A stretch of DNA of 64,000 bases from Octopus vulgaris (GCA_951406725.2 OX597830.1:79422001-79486000), one strand, 5' to 3'; positions 1 to 16,572 are shown, numbered from the stretch's first letter. The notes: a model not told the origin generated them from the letters alone. Translations and numbers: made by a program.

Positions 1-119
1 AGGATTATTATGTTTACAGGGAACCCGTGCCACTTGAACGTGGGTACGATATTAAACCTAGACACATCGCCCTAACATAGTAATCAATACGGTCAACCAA
101 CACTGTCAACTTTCAGTCA

Positions 120-345
120 AGTGGGAGTGTTCAGGATTCTTCCACAACAATATTCTACAAGTTCCTTCTTTATGCAATTGTCCTCACCAATATGCATCAC
201 ATGACTGAACCACGACAGTCTTATATTTTGCACACAACATTTGATTAGTAACAGAGGTAAAACCTCTGAAATTTTCCCCACAATTTAATTTCGAGAAGAT
301 TTCCTCTGAGCTAACTAGGTCACCTGCTAATTAGGTCACCTAAGT
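120..345 (-). mobile_element. Decayed RTE LINE 3' fragment
   Basis: Minus strand reads roughly CVQNIRLSWFSHVMHIGEDNCIKK, resembling the C-terminus of the intact RTE (GVQERRLRWYGHVARMDEDSCVKK). Confidence 0.5.
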
Positions 346-414
346 GAAAAAAAAAATTTACTCTTACTTCAGCACAATGACAAAATTATTATTCGATCAA
401 AATAAAGAACAAAC

Positions 415-503
415 CGAATAGATAAGTCTGTATGCTCTTCCTTTACAAATCCATGTAATTTTCGGTAAACACTTGCCATAACGTCTGCTGCTCCACCAGA
501 TCC
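415..503 (-). CDS. TRPM: TRPM-family channel, exon F (3' boundary less certain)
   Basis: cag|GSGGAADVMASVYRKLHGFVKEEHTDLSI; continues 'PVVIVK' into the conserved 'GSG.AAD' motif in phase 0. Donor taken as CG|gtttgt. Confidence 0.82.
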
Positions 504-919
504 CTGATAATAAAAGAAGAAATTTAAAGAATTCATTAAAATTAGATCTTCAAATAAGAAGTTATCTAAGAATGAACAAATATTTTGAAAATTCCTTTAA
601 AACACACACATACTATCCAATAACGTTGTCTCCCTGTAAATAAAGGCATTATATAAAACGAATTTAATGTGAGCTTAGCTGTAACACATTTCAGGGATGA
701 TTTATAGTGACATTATCAGAACCAAATTTCAATGACAATAGTAAAATAGATAGAGTCAACTGTTTTTTCTGGTCTGAGACTGAACTAAATTGTTCTGGTA
801 CTAATTCCTTAGAGCCGAGTTGTGACAATATAAAATAAAGTTATGTACATAGAAACACATGTCTCAACAGTGGATTTGAACTCAACACATGAATGTTAAC
901 CACTTTACCATCTCCTCCT

Positions 920-933
920 TCTCTCTCTCTCAC

Positions 934-1012
<79 letters not shown>

Positions 1013-1030
1013 CTCTCTCTCTCTCTCTCA
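920..1030. repeat. (CT)n/(CTTT)n microsatellite
   Basis: Seen directly. Confidence 0.95.
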
Positions 1031-1438
1031 TTCATTCATTTCAATGAAAGAGAAAATAATTCTCAAGTTAACATCAAACATCAATCCAAAGAAGCTGTTG
1101 TTAACTCCTCCTGCGTTGCTCTTACTTCCATTGCAATCTATAAAGTATCATGAATCTGTGGTTTGTGGTTTACTTGTTCTTAATATTGTTGTGTATAAGA
1201 GACTGGGAACAGGAGGTGCACAGGGTGCAAGTGCACCTACTAACAATTTTGATGTGTGCAAAATAAAAATTTGAGCCCTGTATATATGCTTCCGAGGATG
1301 AGGGAGCAGTGTTTAAAAATTGATCTGTAAAAATTTGTTTTCAAAGCAAGAACCATGAACTAAAATGAAAATAAAACCAACAACATTCCTAGAAACACAT
1401 ATTACTGAACTAAACCATTTTTAACATCATTATTAGTA

Positions 1439-1503
<65 letters not shown>

Positions 1504-1590
1504 CGCGCGTGTGTGTATGTGCATAAAAGCGTTGTAGTTCGCTTGAAACATTGTAATATCAAAGAATGTAAAAAGAGAGAAAAAGAGAGT

Positions 1591-1755
1591 TCTGGCAATA
1601 CAGAAGGTTTAATAAAATCTTTATATTTCAGGTGCCAAAGCCATCTTCAGAAGAAAAGAATTGTCTAAGAAAAATTCAGATTGTTCTTTTATTCTGAAGA
1701 TGGGCCTTTGTGCCTGAAATGTAAAGGTTTTACTAAACTTTCTGCATTGTCTGAA
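1591..1755. repeat. ~70-bp inverted repeat with degenerate hammerhead-like cores (probable PLE end remnant)
   Basis: 1591-1660 is the imperfect reverse complement of 1684-1755. Each arm has CTGAAGA-short stem-GAAAT. Confidence 0.65.
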
Positions 1756-1767
1756 GCTGTTTATTTT

Positions 1768-6194
<4,427 letters not shown>

Positions 6195-6273
6195 GAAAAA
6201 TTGAAAAATTGAAAAATTGAAAAATTGAAAAATTGAAAAATTGAAAAATTGAAAAATTGAAAAATTGAAAAAT
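6195..6273. repeat. Perfect (GAAAAATT)n octamer array, ~9.9 units
   Basis: Seen directly at the 5' edge of the RTE. Confidence 0.95.
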
Positions 6274-6306
6274 ATATATAATATATATATATATATATTA
6301 TATATA

Positions 6307-6392
<86 letters not shown>

Positions 6393-6505
6393 ATATATAT
6401 TATATATATATATATTATATGATTGATTGATTGATTCCAGTTTCAGCTCATGAGCTGTGGCCATGCTTGGGGCACCGCCATTTGGTGTTGCTACTTGGTT
6501 TCACT

Positions 6506-9500
6506 TCATGGAGGCTTTTTAGCAACTGCTATTTGGTGCATGAGAGAGTTCGATGCAGCTGCCCTCATCTGCCCCTCCTGCCGTGAAGTTGGTTCATCTG
6601 GGACACCTGACAGGAAGAGATCCAGCTCCATTTTAAAGACATCTGTATCCACCCCATGCAGGTCTCTCAGGTTCATCGGGAGGATATTGAAGAGCTGTGG
6701 GCCTCGGAAGCCCAGGCTATCACAGAATCTTGTCCTACATCTTGATGGCAAGTTTGGAGTCCTAGGCACCACGCAGTGGCGCCCAGTTCTGGCGTTTGCG
6801 TAACTCTCGATGCCAAAGTTCAGGACACTTCCCTCCAGGATCTTCCAGATGTATATTATGGCATATCTTTCCCGCCTACGCTCCAGGGAATATAATTTTA
6901 ATCTCTTGAGTCTTTCCCAGTAGCTTACATTCTGCATAGAGGCTATCTTCTTCGTGTAGCTTCGTTGGATCGCCTCAAGTTCTGTGATCAACTTGACACT
7001 GGATGGTGACCATAGCTGAGAGCAATAGTCAAAGTGACTTAGGACAAGTGTCTTCCAGAGGACCATCATGGTTTCTTGTTCTCTTGTTCTAAAGGTTCTA
7101 AGAATCCATCCAGCCAGGCGTCTGCATTTCACTGTCAGTTTAGCAACATGTACATGAAAGGTCGCGTCATCACTCATGTGAATACCCAGGTCACGCACTG
7201 ATTGTGCCTCTGGGATTGCAATCCCTCCGGGTCCAGTGTATTTCTTGGGTATTGCATTCAGTTTTGCATGCTGATAGTATAAAGCTTGAAACTTTTCAGC
7301 ATTGAACTGCATGCTATTCTTTTCAGCCCACTTGTAAATTTCGTCCAGCTCATATTGCAGGTGCCTAGTGTCTTCAGGGTTCTGTATTGCCTGTGAAACT
7401 TTTGTATCATCTGCATAACTTGTGATCGTGGCTCTCCGCGTGGCTGAGGGCATGTCTGAGAGGGCCATTATGAACAGTAGTGGTCCCAAAACAGTGCCCT
7501 GTGGAACACCGCTCACTATTTGCGTGCTAATGGAAGTGGCCCCATTGGCTACTACCACCTGACTTCTATTCTTCAGAAAGTCGTGAAGCCATTCTCCTAG
7601 TTTTCCAACTATGCCAAGATCACGCAGTTTGTGACATATCATTCCATGATCGACTTTATCGAAGGCCTTTGCGAAGTCGAGATATATGACTTCCACATTT
7701 GAGTGGTTGAGCAGTTGTTTCAGCACCCAGTCATAGTGCTGCAGGAGCTGAGTTAAGCAGCTTCTTCCTGGTCGGAAACCATGTTGGGTGTCAGGCAGCA
7801 AGTCATTTTCTTCAAGGAAGGTGATTAGTTTCCTTCTGACTATTCGTTCCATGACCTTGCTGATGTGTGAGGTCAGAGAGATAGGTCTGTAGTTCTTGGC
7901 CTCCGCTCTGCTACCTCCTTTATGAATAGGGCATATTTTACCTTCCTTCAGTTTTCTTGGAAGTTTGCCAGCTGCAAGGAAGCTCTGAAAGAGGAACTGC
8001 AGTGGTCTTGCTAAGACTCTCTTACATACTTTTAGGAGGATTGCCGGGAATCCATCGGGGCCAATAGCTGAGTCTATTTTCATTTCATCTATAGCCTTTA
8101 TTACATCATCTTCCTTTATATCGATGTAATTTAACGTCGCCGCCTCTGATTCTATATCTGCAGTGGTAAAAAAGTCAGTTGGATTGCTGATTTGGAAATG
8201 CCCAAGGGGTGGAGTGAAAACACTCTTGAATTGTTCATTCAGTATTTCACTTACCCTCATTGGTTTTCCTGTGAGTGTGCCATCCTTTTCAAGGAGTGGC
8301 CCTATCCTACAGTGCACCGTAGCTGTTTCTTTGGCATACCTGTAGAAAGCTCTGGGGTTAGTTTTTATGTTGTCTATAGCCCAGGCTTCTTTGTCTGCTC
8401 TTTCCTTCTCATGGGAGAGTTGCAGACAATTTTCAATTTCCAACAGTTTTATTTTCAGGCGGGACTTTTCACTGCTTTCAATTTGTTTGTTTAGGCGATT
8501 TGAGATTTTTGTGCGCCGTCTCATTAAAATTTTTTCTCTCTCTGGGGATTTTGTTCTTGTGTACAGTGGCCTTTCTCTCTGGGACACATTTGTAGCATAT
8601 GGCTTGCATTACAGACATGAATTGTTGAAGTATCATGTCGATGTCCGGCGAGGAGAGACATTCAGGCCAGTTTTGTTTGAGGATCTCTTTCTCAATTTGT
8701 TTCCAGTTTGCCTTATTGAAGTTCAAGCTGGAAAGACTTTGAGGGTTTCTTGTAGGCTGCATGTCCGTGCTCTCTTTTGGCCCGTACATGGTCAGCTCTA
8801 CCATGTTGTGATCCGAGAGTAGTGTCGGTGTCACTTTCACATTATGGATGAGATCCATATTATTTGTGAAGCAGAGATCCAGTGTGTTACCCGCTCTGGT
8901 TGGTTGGAGTATTACTTGCTCCATGTACAGGGTGTTGGTGAGGTTCAGGAGGGACCTCGCCTGTCCTCGTTCACATCTTGTCATTCCTGGGAGAGAAAGG
9001 CCCTCGGGCCATCTGACATTCGGTAGATTGAAGTCTACCATGAGAAGTACACTTATGTGTTGTTCTAATGTGGTTAGAACTTCTTCTATTTTTAAAAGGC
9101 AGTCCTCAAACTTGCCCATATGACTTGGGGCATCTGGAGGGCGATATGTAGCACACACAACTACATCAAGTTGCCTTATGTGTACAATTAGTGTGTCACA
9201 CACCGAGTTTGAGTATGACAAAAGGACCTGGGGTGTGAGGTCCCCACGGATGTACATAGCAACTCCTCCATGACTTCTTTCTTTCCTGTCGGTCCGTAGT
9301 ACAACATACTGTGGTATGTGTAATTCCGCATCTGCTATGTCCGGTTTCAGATGCGTTTCTGTGAGTGCTATGCATAAGGCTTGATTGCATGCGACAAAGT
9401 CTCTCAGGAACGGGACTTTTGTCCTGTTACTGTGTGTTAGTAGTCCTCTGATGTTCAGTAGGAGCATCGAGGTGAGGTGTATGCTGTTGCCGGTGGTGTC

Positions 9501-9611
9501 CACCCTGGGTCCATCTGCTGTGGCGGTCTTGTGAACCGTGGGCAGTTCCATCTGCGAGCCTGAGCCTGATGGAGCCAGGTTAGCTGCTGTACAATCTTTT
9601 GTGCCATGCAC
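6506..9611 (-). pseudogene. CR1 ORF2 (EN-RT) split by a 1-nt frameshift near 8530
   Basis: EN frame 8478-9611 (LNIRG, LTETH, HGGV, YRPP, VDFN, LDL, SDH). RT frame 6506-8587 ([38 protein letters not shown]). The frames join at an A-run. Confidence 0.9.
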
Positions 9612-9940
9612 AAAAAAGATTCCTGCTCAGCAGCTGCCCTTTCAACAACACGTTGGTGGTTTGTGGTACGCACCACATCTGCGTACCTCCGTTTTGGGGC
9701 CGGTGATGCGTGGTCCATCCCATTTCCTTTCGGTGGTTGGTTTCTGTGGCAGGGTCCCGGATGTGCAAAGCGGCAGCCTGCACCTTCCTCTCCATGCCGG
9801 CAGGCACCTCTCAGGTAGAACCTACATACCCGTGTGCGCTGCTTGTTTCCATCCTTTTTGGCATATGGACAGTTAGGTTTGCCTCTATCCCTGGCTGCCT
9901 TGCCCCTTGGCTTTGTCTGAGTTTTAGCTTCAGTTTTTCC
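9455..9940 (-). pseudogene. CR1 ORF1 C-terminal remnant with CCCH zinc finger
   Basis: Open frame ...TRVCRFYLRGACRHGEEGAGCRFAHPG... (C-x7-C-x8-C-x3-H) continuing into the listed 9455-9718 ORF. Confidence 0.7.
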
Positions 9941-9975
9941 TCTTTTTTTTATTATATATATATATATTATATATA

Positions 9976-10290
9976 CTCTTTTACTCTTTTACTTGTTTCA
10001 GTCATTAGACTGCGGCCATGCTGGAGCACCGCCTTTAGTACTTATTCTATCGGTCTCTTTTGCCGAACCGCTAAGTGACGGGGACGTAAACACACCAGCA
10101 TCGGTTGTCAAGCAATGCAAGGGGGACAAACACAGGCACACAAACATACGCACACACACATATATATATATACATATATACGACAGGCTTCTTTCAGTTT
10201 CCGTCTACCAAATCCACTCACAAGGCATTGGTCGGCCCGGGGCTATAGCAGAAGACACTTGCCCAAGATGCCACGCAGTGGGACTGAACC
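9976..10290 (-). mobile_element. SINE (5'-truncated tRNA-derived family with CR1-like 3' end)
   Basis: Starts at a B-box-like GGTTCAGTCCC, has an internal (TA/TG)n, ends GGCGGTGCTCCAGCATGGCCGCAGTC..GACTGAAAC + (GTAAAAGA)n. Paralogues at 16320 and 29604. Confidence 0.85.
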
Positions 10291-10291
10291 A

Positions 10292-10625
<334 letters not shown>

Positions 10626-10706
10626 TCCCGGGTTGAGTCGGGGTTAACCACAGTAAATAAGGTACTCAATACATAGCAGAGTAAAGTAATTTATTTTATA
10701 GAAGGT

Positions 10707-10755
10707 GCTTCTACAGGACTAGAACTGTTTCATTCAGATGAAATCTTCAGGAAGC
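10707..10755 (-). ncRNA. Type I hammerhead ribozyme motif
   Basis: GCTTC-CTGAAGA-TTTCATCTGAAT-GAA-ACAG(TTCTAGTC)CTGT-A-GAAGC. Stem I GCTTC/GAAGC, stem III ACAG/CTGT, GUA cleavage triplet; stem II is weak. Confidence 0.72.
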
Positions 10756-11298
10756 TGGCTGTCAAAATAAGTTCTGGTATTTATGCATTTAGGCAGATTT
10801 AATGGAGTGGTGGTGGGGGACGTTTTTGGGTAGGTTGGTATTTAGGGGATAAACAGGGCACAAGCTATTGTTCTTAGGGGAGTGGTCAAAAGGCCAGAGT
10901 GTTATTTGAAATGAGAAGAATCAGTGAGAAAATAAATAAATAAATAGAATAAATGAATAGAAACAGATGTATGGGATGGGATTTTAGGTAAATTAGAAGA
11001 CAATTGCTTTTTGGTGGTCAAGAAGAGGTAGGCAGTTTGTTATTGTTAGGTGGAGGGAATAAATAGATAAATATACGTGAAAAAACATATAAAATAAATA
11101 TACATACAAACACACATACATACACATGCGAATATACATACAAACACACATACATACGCACATATATATACACACACATACATACAGATATATATATATA
11201 TATACATACACACATATATATATATATATACACATACATACATACACCTACATATACATATACATACATACACCTACATATACATATACATACATACA

Positions 11299-11349
<51 letters not shown>

Positions 11350-11387
11350 GAATGGAGTCGAGAGACGATTTTAACAAAATTCCTTTA

Positions 11388-11470
11388 CTCTCGACACATG
11401 TTTCGAAGGCTGCATATTCCTAATTCCGAAGGAATAAAGGGTGCATTATGCCGCCATCTCATCAGGAAAG
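11388..11470 (-). ncRNA. Minimal (PLE-type) hammerhead ribozyme
   Basis: CTTTC-CTGATGA-GATGGCGGCATA...TATGCAGCCTTC-GAAAC-ATGT-GTC-GAGAG. Canonical core, long stem II, palindromic ACATGT minimal stem III, GUC site. Confidence 0.85.
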
Positions 11471-12078
11471 ACAAGGAACTTATGTCAGCACCATGAAGAG
11501 CAAGCACTTTTAGATGACTGCCCACATGATGTCCACAGTAATAATGAGTGTTTCTTTAAAATATCCCGTTATAAGCAATGACGTCAAAGTTGGTTGGATG
11601 GAGAATGTTCTAAAGAGTTCAAGAGTTCAAATTTGGTTGGGAGGAGAAAGCTCTAGGAAGGGGATAGAGTGCAAGCTGTATTGTATAGGGATGCGTGGGT
11701 GTATTCTATTGTTAATGAGTTTGAGTGCTTGTATGTGTATGTATATAATTGGATTCGTGCCTCTGTGTGTGTGTGTGCGTGACTGTGTGTGTAGGGTGAC
11801 AAATGTCAGAAACATTTAGTAGTGAGGTGACAGATTTGTGTCTGTGTGTTCGATTGTAGGTATGATAGAGAGAGAGAGAGAAAGAGAGAGAGGTGGGGAG
11901 ATGCAGAGAAAAAGAGGAAAATATATCCCAACAAATTTAGTAGTAATTGTTCATGTAACGTAGTAGAAAAAAAGAAATTGTCTATGGTGGTGTTGTATAA
12001 GTGAAACTAAATTATTAAAATCAAAGAGGTTATCTATACTAAACATCATTCATATGAGAGGAAAGTATGTCTCTGCCA

Positions 12079-13203
12079 TTATTTGCACTTATAGGATTTT
12101 TCTATAATTGTGTTTACCAAGGGAAATTTGGAGAAAAGGATAAAGAAGAGTTCGGAAATACAAAGGCCACAAAATTTCCTGCCTTTATCAAAAGGAAAAG
12201 ATACAGATAATATGAACCAGTCCAGTTTGAAAGTTATATTGCTGTCCTTAAGACGCCAAACTAATTTACTTAGTCCTGTACTCTGTTGTTTTCTCTTATC
12301 TCGGAAAGTTGAATAATGATTGGAAATTCTCTGGGACAAACGAGAAGTTGTCGCGCCAATATAGAAGACACCGGTACTGGAAGAAATCCTACACTGGTAA
12401 ATGGAGTTTTTAATTTTGGAATTACTGGATAAGAACTTTAATCTGTTAGGGTTTTCTTCCGAGATTAAAACGGAGTTTCTATTGTTCTGATTGCTGTTAA
12501 CATTACTGCTAGCGTTGATCACTACACTATTTCTATTATTGTTATTATTATTAGTTGTACTATCACCGGCAATATCCCTGACAATAGAAATGCTGTCGTT
12601 GTTACCATCAACACTACCACTGTTATTAATTTGACTAATACTGTTACTAATATTACCATTGTTAATACTAACGCTGTTACGAATGTTGTTATTATCAATA
12701 CTACCTCTATCATTACTATTGTATGTTTGGTTGGAATTAGTGAGAATAGTGTTGTAACTCCCGGGTGAAGAATCTTTGTTTAGCAGCTTATTATTATCGG
12801 AGGCGATAATTTGCGAAAGACTTTTAGTGTTAAAGAAGGCAATCCTTACTCTATGCGAATTGATAATCGAGTAATACCTAGAATCCCTGGGAAAGTTCTT
12901 AGCTGCGGCCACACGGAACTGTAAAGGAAGGTTTGATTTGATTTGCTTCCCGAAAGGTATAACAAACCAGATATAGTTTTTTGTGGATTTAGAATTGGTC
13001 ATATTGCTACCATTGACAGTAAAGGGAAAATTTCTATGTTGGAAATTTGGGGTTGGTTGTCTATTTCCTCCCCTGGTCCGTAAATTACTTTTCTTATTTA
13101 CAGGGGTGCCGACATTGTTAGAGCTGGAATCATTATTCTCACTATTTCTATTGTTATTAGTTTTCTTATCCTGAGAAGCATTTATTGGTTTACGATCCAA
13201 CAT
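12079..13203 (-). CDS. PLE ORF C-terminus: RT thumb/linker, Asn-rich insert, GIY-YIG endonuclease
   Basis: IWFVIPF...IYQCRI..VFYIGAT..RISNH...TGLSKLVWRLK...CGLCISE...LVN. Confidence 0.75.
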   Translation of the reverse strand: MLDRKPINASQDKKTNNNRNSENNDSSSNNVGTPVNKKSNLRTRGGNRQPTPNFQHRNFPFTVNGSNMTNSKSTKNYIWFVIPFGKQIKSNLPLQFRVAAAKNFPRDSRYYSIINSHRVRIAFFNTKSLSQIIASDNNKLLNKDSSPGSYNTILTNSNQTYNSNDRGSIDNNNIRNSVSINNGNISNSISQINNSGSVDGNNDSISIVRDIAGDSTTNNNNNNRNSVVINASSNVNSNQNNRNSVLISEENPNRLKFLSSNSKIKNSIYQCRISSSTGVFYIGATTSRLSQRISNHYSTFRDKRKQQSTGLSKLVWRLKDSNITFKLDWFILSVSFPFDKGRKFCGLCISELFFILFSKFPLVNTIIEKSYKCK

Positions 13204-13204
13204 A

Positions 13205-15500
13205 GTTTGTTGTCTTCCTCAATTAAGACTATGCCTGGCTTCCTATTCTCTATCTCATGGTCACTGAATCATAAAATCTCACAGGATCTTTGCATTATCA
13301 TTTTCGATGATGCTTTCGGGTTTATGCTCATACCAATTTTTTGCCCTGTCAAGTTCATACTTGTTGCAAAGTGTCTAATGGACAATCCTTGCTATATTGT
13401 CATGACGTCTCTTATATTCCTTCTGGGCTAGTGGCGTACATTGACTGGTAATATGCCATACGGTTTTACAATTTTGTCCACAAATTCTGCACTTACCACT
13501 TTTTATATGTTGCCTATTCTGTATTTGATGTAATTGGTTCTAAATACTTGATCTTGGGCAGCACGGGTTAGAGCCTCTGTTTCCGGTTTTAAATTACTTT
13601 TAGTCATCCATAGCCACCTTTTTTCTGTCTGTCTTATCTTTAACATCCCTATGAAATTATCCATGCATTCTTTTCTTTATCCTCCAATTTTCAGTTTCAT
13701 TCATTCTCAAGTGCTTGTACAGTGCTTTATCATTGCAATCTTTCATCCTACTCAAGCCTGACCTTCTTCTAATTATCGCGGTTCTGTGGCATTTTTTACA
13801 TACCATGTTATGTTGTTTTCTTCTGCTCCAATGCTATGTTCACATCCAATCAGTCCTCTTCCCCCACTTTTTTTTTGTACATACAGTCTGTGTCACTTTT
13901 TGGGTGGAGTGTCCCATATCTAGTTAGCAACTTCCTTGTCTTTCTGCCTAAGGTGTTTAGTTTGTCTCCTGTCCATGCAATTACCCCTACTCCATATCTA
14001 AGGAGTGAAACCGCCCATGTGTTGATAGCTTCAATCTTATTCCGTCCGTTTAATTTAGACTTAAGGATCAGTCTCAGTCTGCGCAAGTTCTCCACCTTAA
14101 ATTTTTCTGTCATCTCATTCTCAGTCAGTTTATCCATTTCCAATCCTGAAGTTCGTCTCTTTTATCTGCTTCCCAACCTCCCCCGACGGTATAGATAGCC
14201 CGTCCATACATTTGATTTTGTCTCTCTTCAAGACTAACGCACCACATTTTTTCATTCTGAACTCCATTCTGATATCAGCACCGAAAGCATCAACGAGAAC
14301 TGATTTAGGATTCCTCTTTACCATAAAGTTTGAGGTCATCCATGAATAACAAATGGTTGAATTTTTGTTGGCGGCTTTTGAATACATACCTAGCCTTTGG
14401 TTTCCTAAATATCAGTGTTAGTGGCATCATGCACATTACAAAGATCAGTGAGGACAGGAAGTTCCCTTAGAAGATGCCTCTCCTGGTTTCTATTGTCCAT
14501 AAACTTCTTCCATATGCTGTCAGGTCTGTCCCCCACTTCGCCATACTTTTTCCAAGCAATCGCTCAACATTCAATGCAATACCAAATAGGTTCATACACT
14601 CCATGATCCAAGAATGTGGGATCATATTGTATGCCTTACGATAGTTGATCCATGACATGGCTAAGTTAGTTTTCCTTTTCTTGTAGTCTCTAAGTACAGT
14701 TTTGTTCACCAGAAGTTGATCCTTAGTACATCTGTACATACACTTGCAACCCTTCTTCTCATGTAGCAGGACTCCATTTTTTCAAGGTGTCTGTATATTG
14801 CCTCTCCGACTATTCCAGCCAATAATTATCACATAAGTGGCAAACAGGATATCAGCCTGTAATTGTCCACCGTATTGTCTTTTCCGATATTTTCAAGCAC
14901 ATCACTATCCTACCCATTGTCAACCATTCTGGTGTTACTTGGTTGGCATTTAACAAGGTGTTGAGCTGTGCAGCTATTCGTGTATGACATTCACCAAATC
15001 TTTTGATCCAGTAGCCTTGAACTCCATCTGGTCCTGGGGCCTTCCGGTTGCTAATTTTTTTACTGATTTCCTTCACTTTCCTAATTGAAATGACTAGTTC
15101 TGCCTGTTTTGGACAGGCTACTGTTTATTTCAGTTCTTGCAGCAATCCAGCACTCTTGTGCTCCTTGTCTTTGCTCCAGATGTCACACTAAAACCTTTGC
15201 CTTTCATTGTTATCTGGTATCAACTTTTCCTCCGTACACTCTCCATTTATTTCTTTATAGAATCTCTTCTGATCTACTCTGAATAATCTATTCTGATGAT
15301 ATCCCTTCCTTCCTTGGTCGTATCTTACCATCTTTGCTTTCATTGCAACGAGGCGCTGTTTCGGTTCCTCCATTACCACTTTCAAGCCCTTTCTTTCAAT
15401 ATTATACTTGCTGTTCAGAGCCCTGTATTTTTGTTCGCTTCCAAGCTCCCCCTTCTCTTTTCGGTCTAATACAGAAATGACTTTAAATGCCTGATTCACC
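13205..15500 (-). mobile_element. Degenerate R4/Dong-like non-LTR retrotransposon (RLE type)
   Basis: Fragments KAPGPDGVQGYWIK, TKDQLL..WINYRKAY..PHSW, LNGRNKIEAINTWAV..LHPKSD; multiple stops and frameshifts. Confidence 0.8.
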
Positions 15501-15654
15501 CAAATCCTAATCTATATATATGAACGTGAATGTATCTTTGTATGTATATATAATATAAGGGTAAATAATTATTAATTTTAAAATCAACAATTATTACCGA
15601 GTAGTTTTCGGTATGGAAATATAACCATTATCGGTAGGAACTTTTACAAAAGTT

Positions 15655-15698
<44 letters not shown>

Positions 15699-15877
15699 GG
15701 TAAGCATATAAAAATAGGGTAAGCAACAGGTTGCTTAGCCACAGACCGAAAATTTAGAAATAGCAGTCAAAAACTGCTTATTTCTATTTTCTACCAATAT
15801 AACTCCACATATAACATATACATGTAACTCACATATGTAAAAAGAAGGGAAAATAATGAAAACAAAGTCTTTGGTCA

Positions 15878-15936
15878 GTTACAGACGTGTTTCTGGGTTA
15901 GAATTATAGATAACTCATTCCCGTCTTCAGCGCAAC
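15878..15936 (-). ncRNA. Minimal hammerhead motif
   Basis: GTTGCG-CTGAAGA-CGGG...CCCA-GAAAC-AC-GTC-TGTAAC. Stem I pairs with two GU pairs. Confidence 0.68.
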
Positions 15937-16271
15937 ATTCCATTAGATTATAGATTTGCAAATACTATTTACCTACCTCTTGCATCCCGATCTCGTGCCA
16001 TCGGAGATAGCAGAAGATAGTCAGCACAAGCCAAATCCATATAGACGAATGAATTCGTATTTTCCCTCCAAAATTACCATGTGTGTTACAAAAATAGTTC
16101 CTCAGAAAGAGAACCGTGATTTGTCATAAGGGAGTGAAAAATTCTATTATTAATAATATAAGGGTAAATAATTATTAATTTAAAATCAACAATTATTACC
16201 GAGTAGTTTTCGGTATTGACTGCTATTTCTAAATTTTCGGTATGTGACTAAGCAACCTGTTGCTTACCCTA

Positions 16272-16319
<48 letters not shown>

Positions 16320-16322
<3 letters not shown>

Positions 16323-16393
16323 CTCTTTTACTCTTTTACTTGTTTCAGTCATTTGACTGCGGCCATGCTGGAGCACCACCTTTAGTCGAGCAA
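16320..16393 (-). mobile_element. SINE 3' fragment
   Basis: Same 3' end as the SINE at 9976. Confidence 0.75.
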
Positions 16394-16437
<44 letters not shown>

Positions 16438-16572
16438 AACTTTTTGTAAAAGTTCCTACCGATAATGGTTATATTTCCATACCGAAAACTACTCGGTAAT
16501 AACATAGGAAAAGGAAAGATCCAAGGAAGGGAAGACGAAGAAAAAAAAATCGCCAACAATACACACGCGGTC

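Larger units (their letters stand above)
6421..9945 (-). mobile_element. CR1-type LINE, 5'-truncated within ORF1
   Basis: ORF1 remnant + EN + RT, short 3' UTR ending in (AATC)n, flanked by (TA)n. Confidence 0.88.
11348..13203 (-). mobile_element. 5'-truncated Penelope-like element
   Basis: GIY-YIG ORF followed by a 3' region containing a hammerhead, ending at (TA)n. A second copy of the family lies at 51.4-52.2 kb. Confidence 0.8.
15554..16502. repeat. Split direct/inverted-repeat element in (TA)n
   Basis: X 15554-15614 recurs at 16157-16216. Y plus part of X is inverted at 16432-16502. Z 15715-15770 is inverted at 16216-16271. Confidence 0.8.

Noticed and set aside
1044-1274. Extra TRPM exon or small gene
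   Set aside because: No TRPM similarity; exons E and F already join into the contiguous PVVIVK-GSGGAAD motif.
8520-8545. Programmed -1 frameshift between CR1 EN and RT (slippery-looking AAAAAATTTT)
   Set aside because: Joining the frames needs a +1 shift, so a single extra A (mutation or homopolymer error) is simpler. The EN also has VDFN for GDFN.
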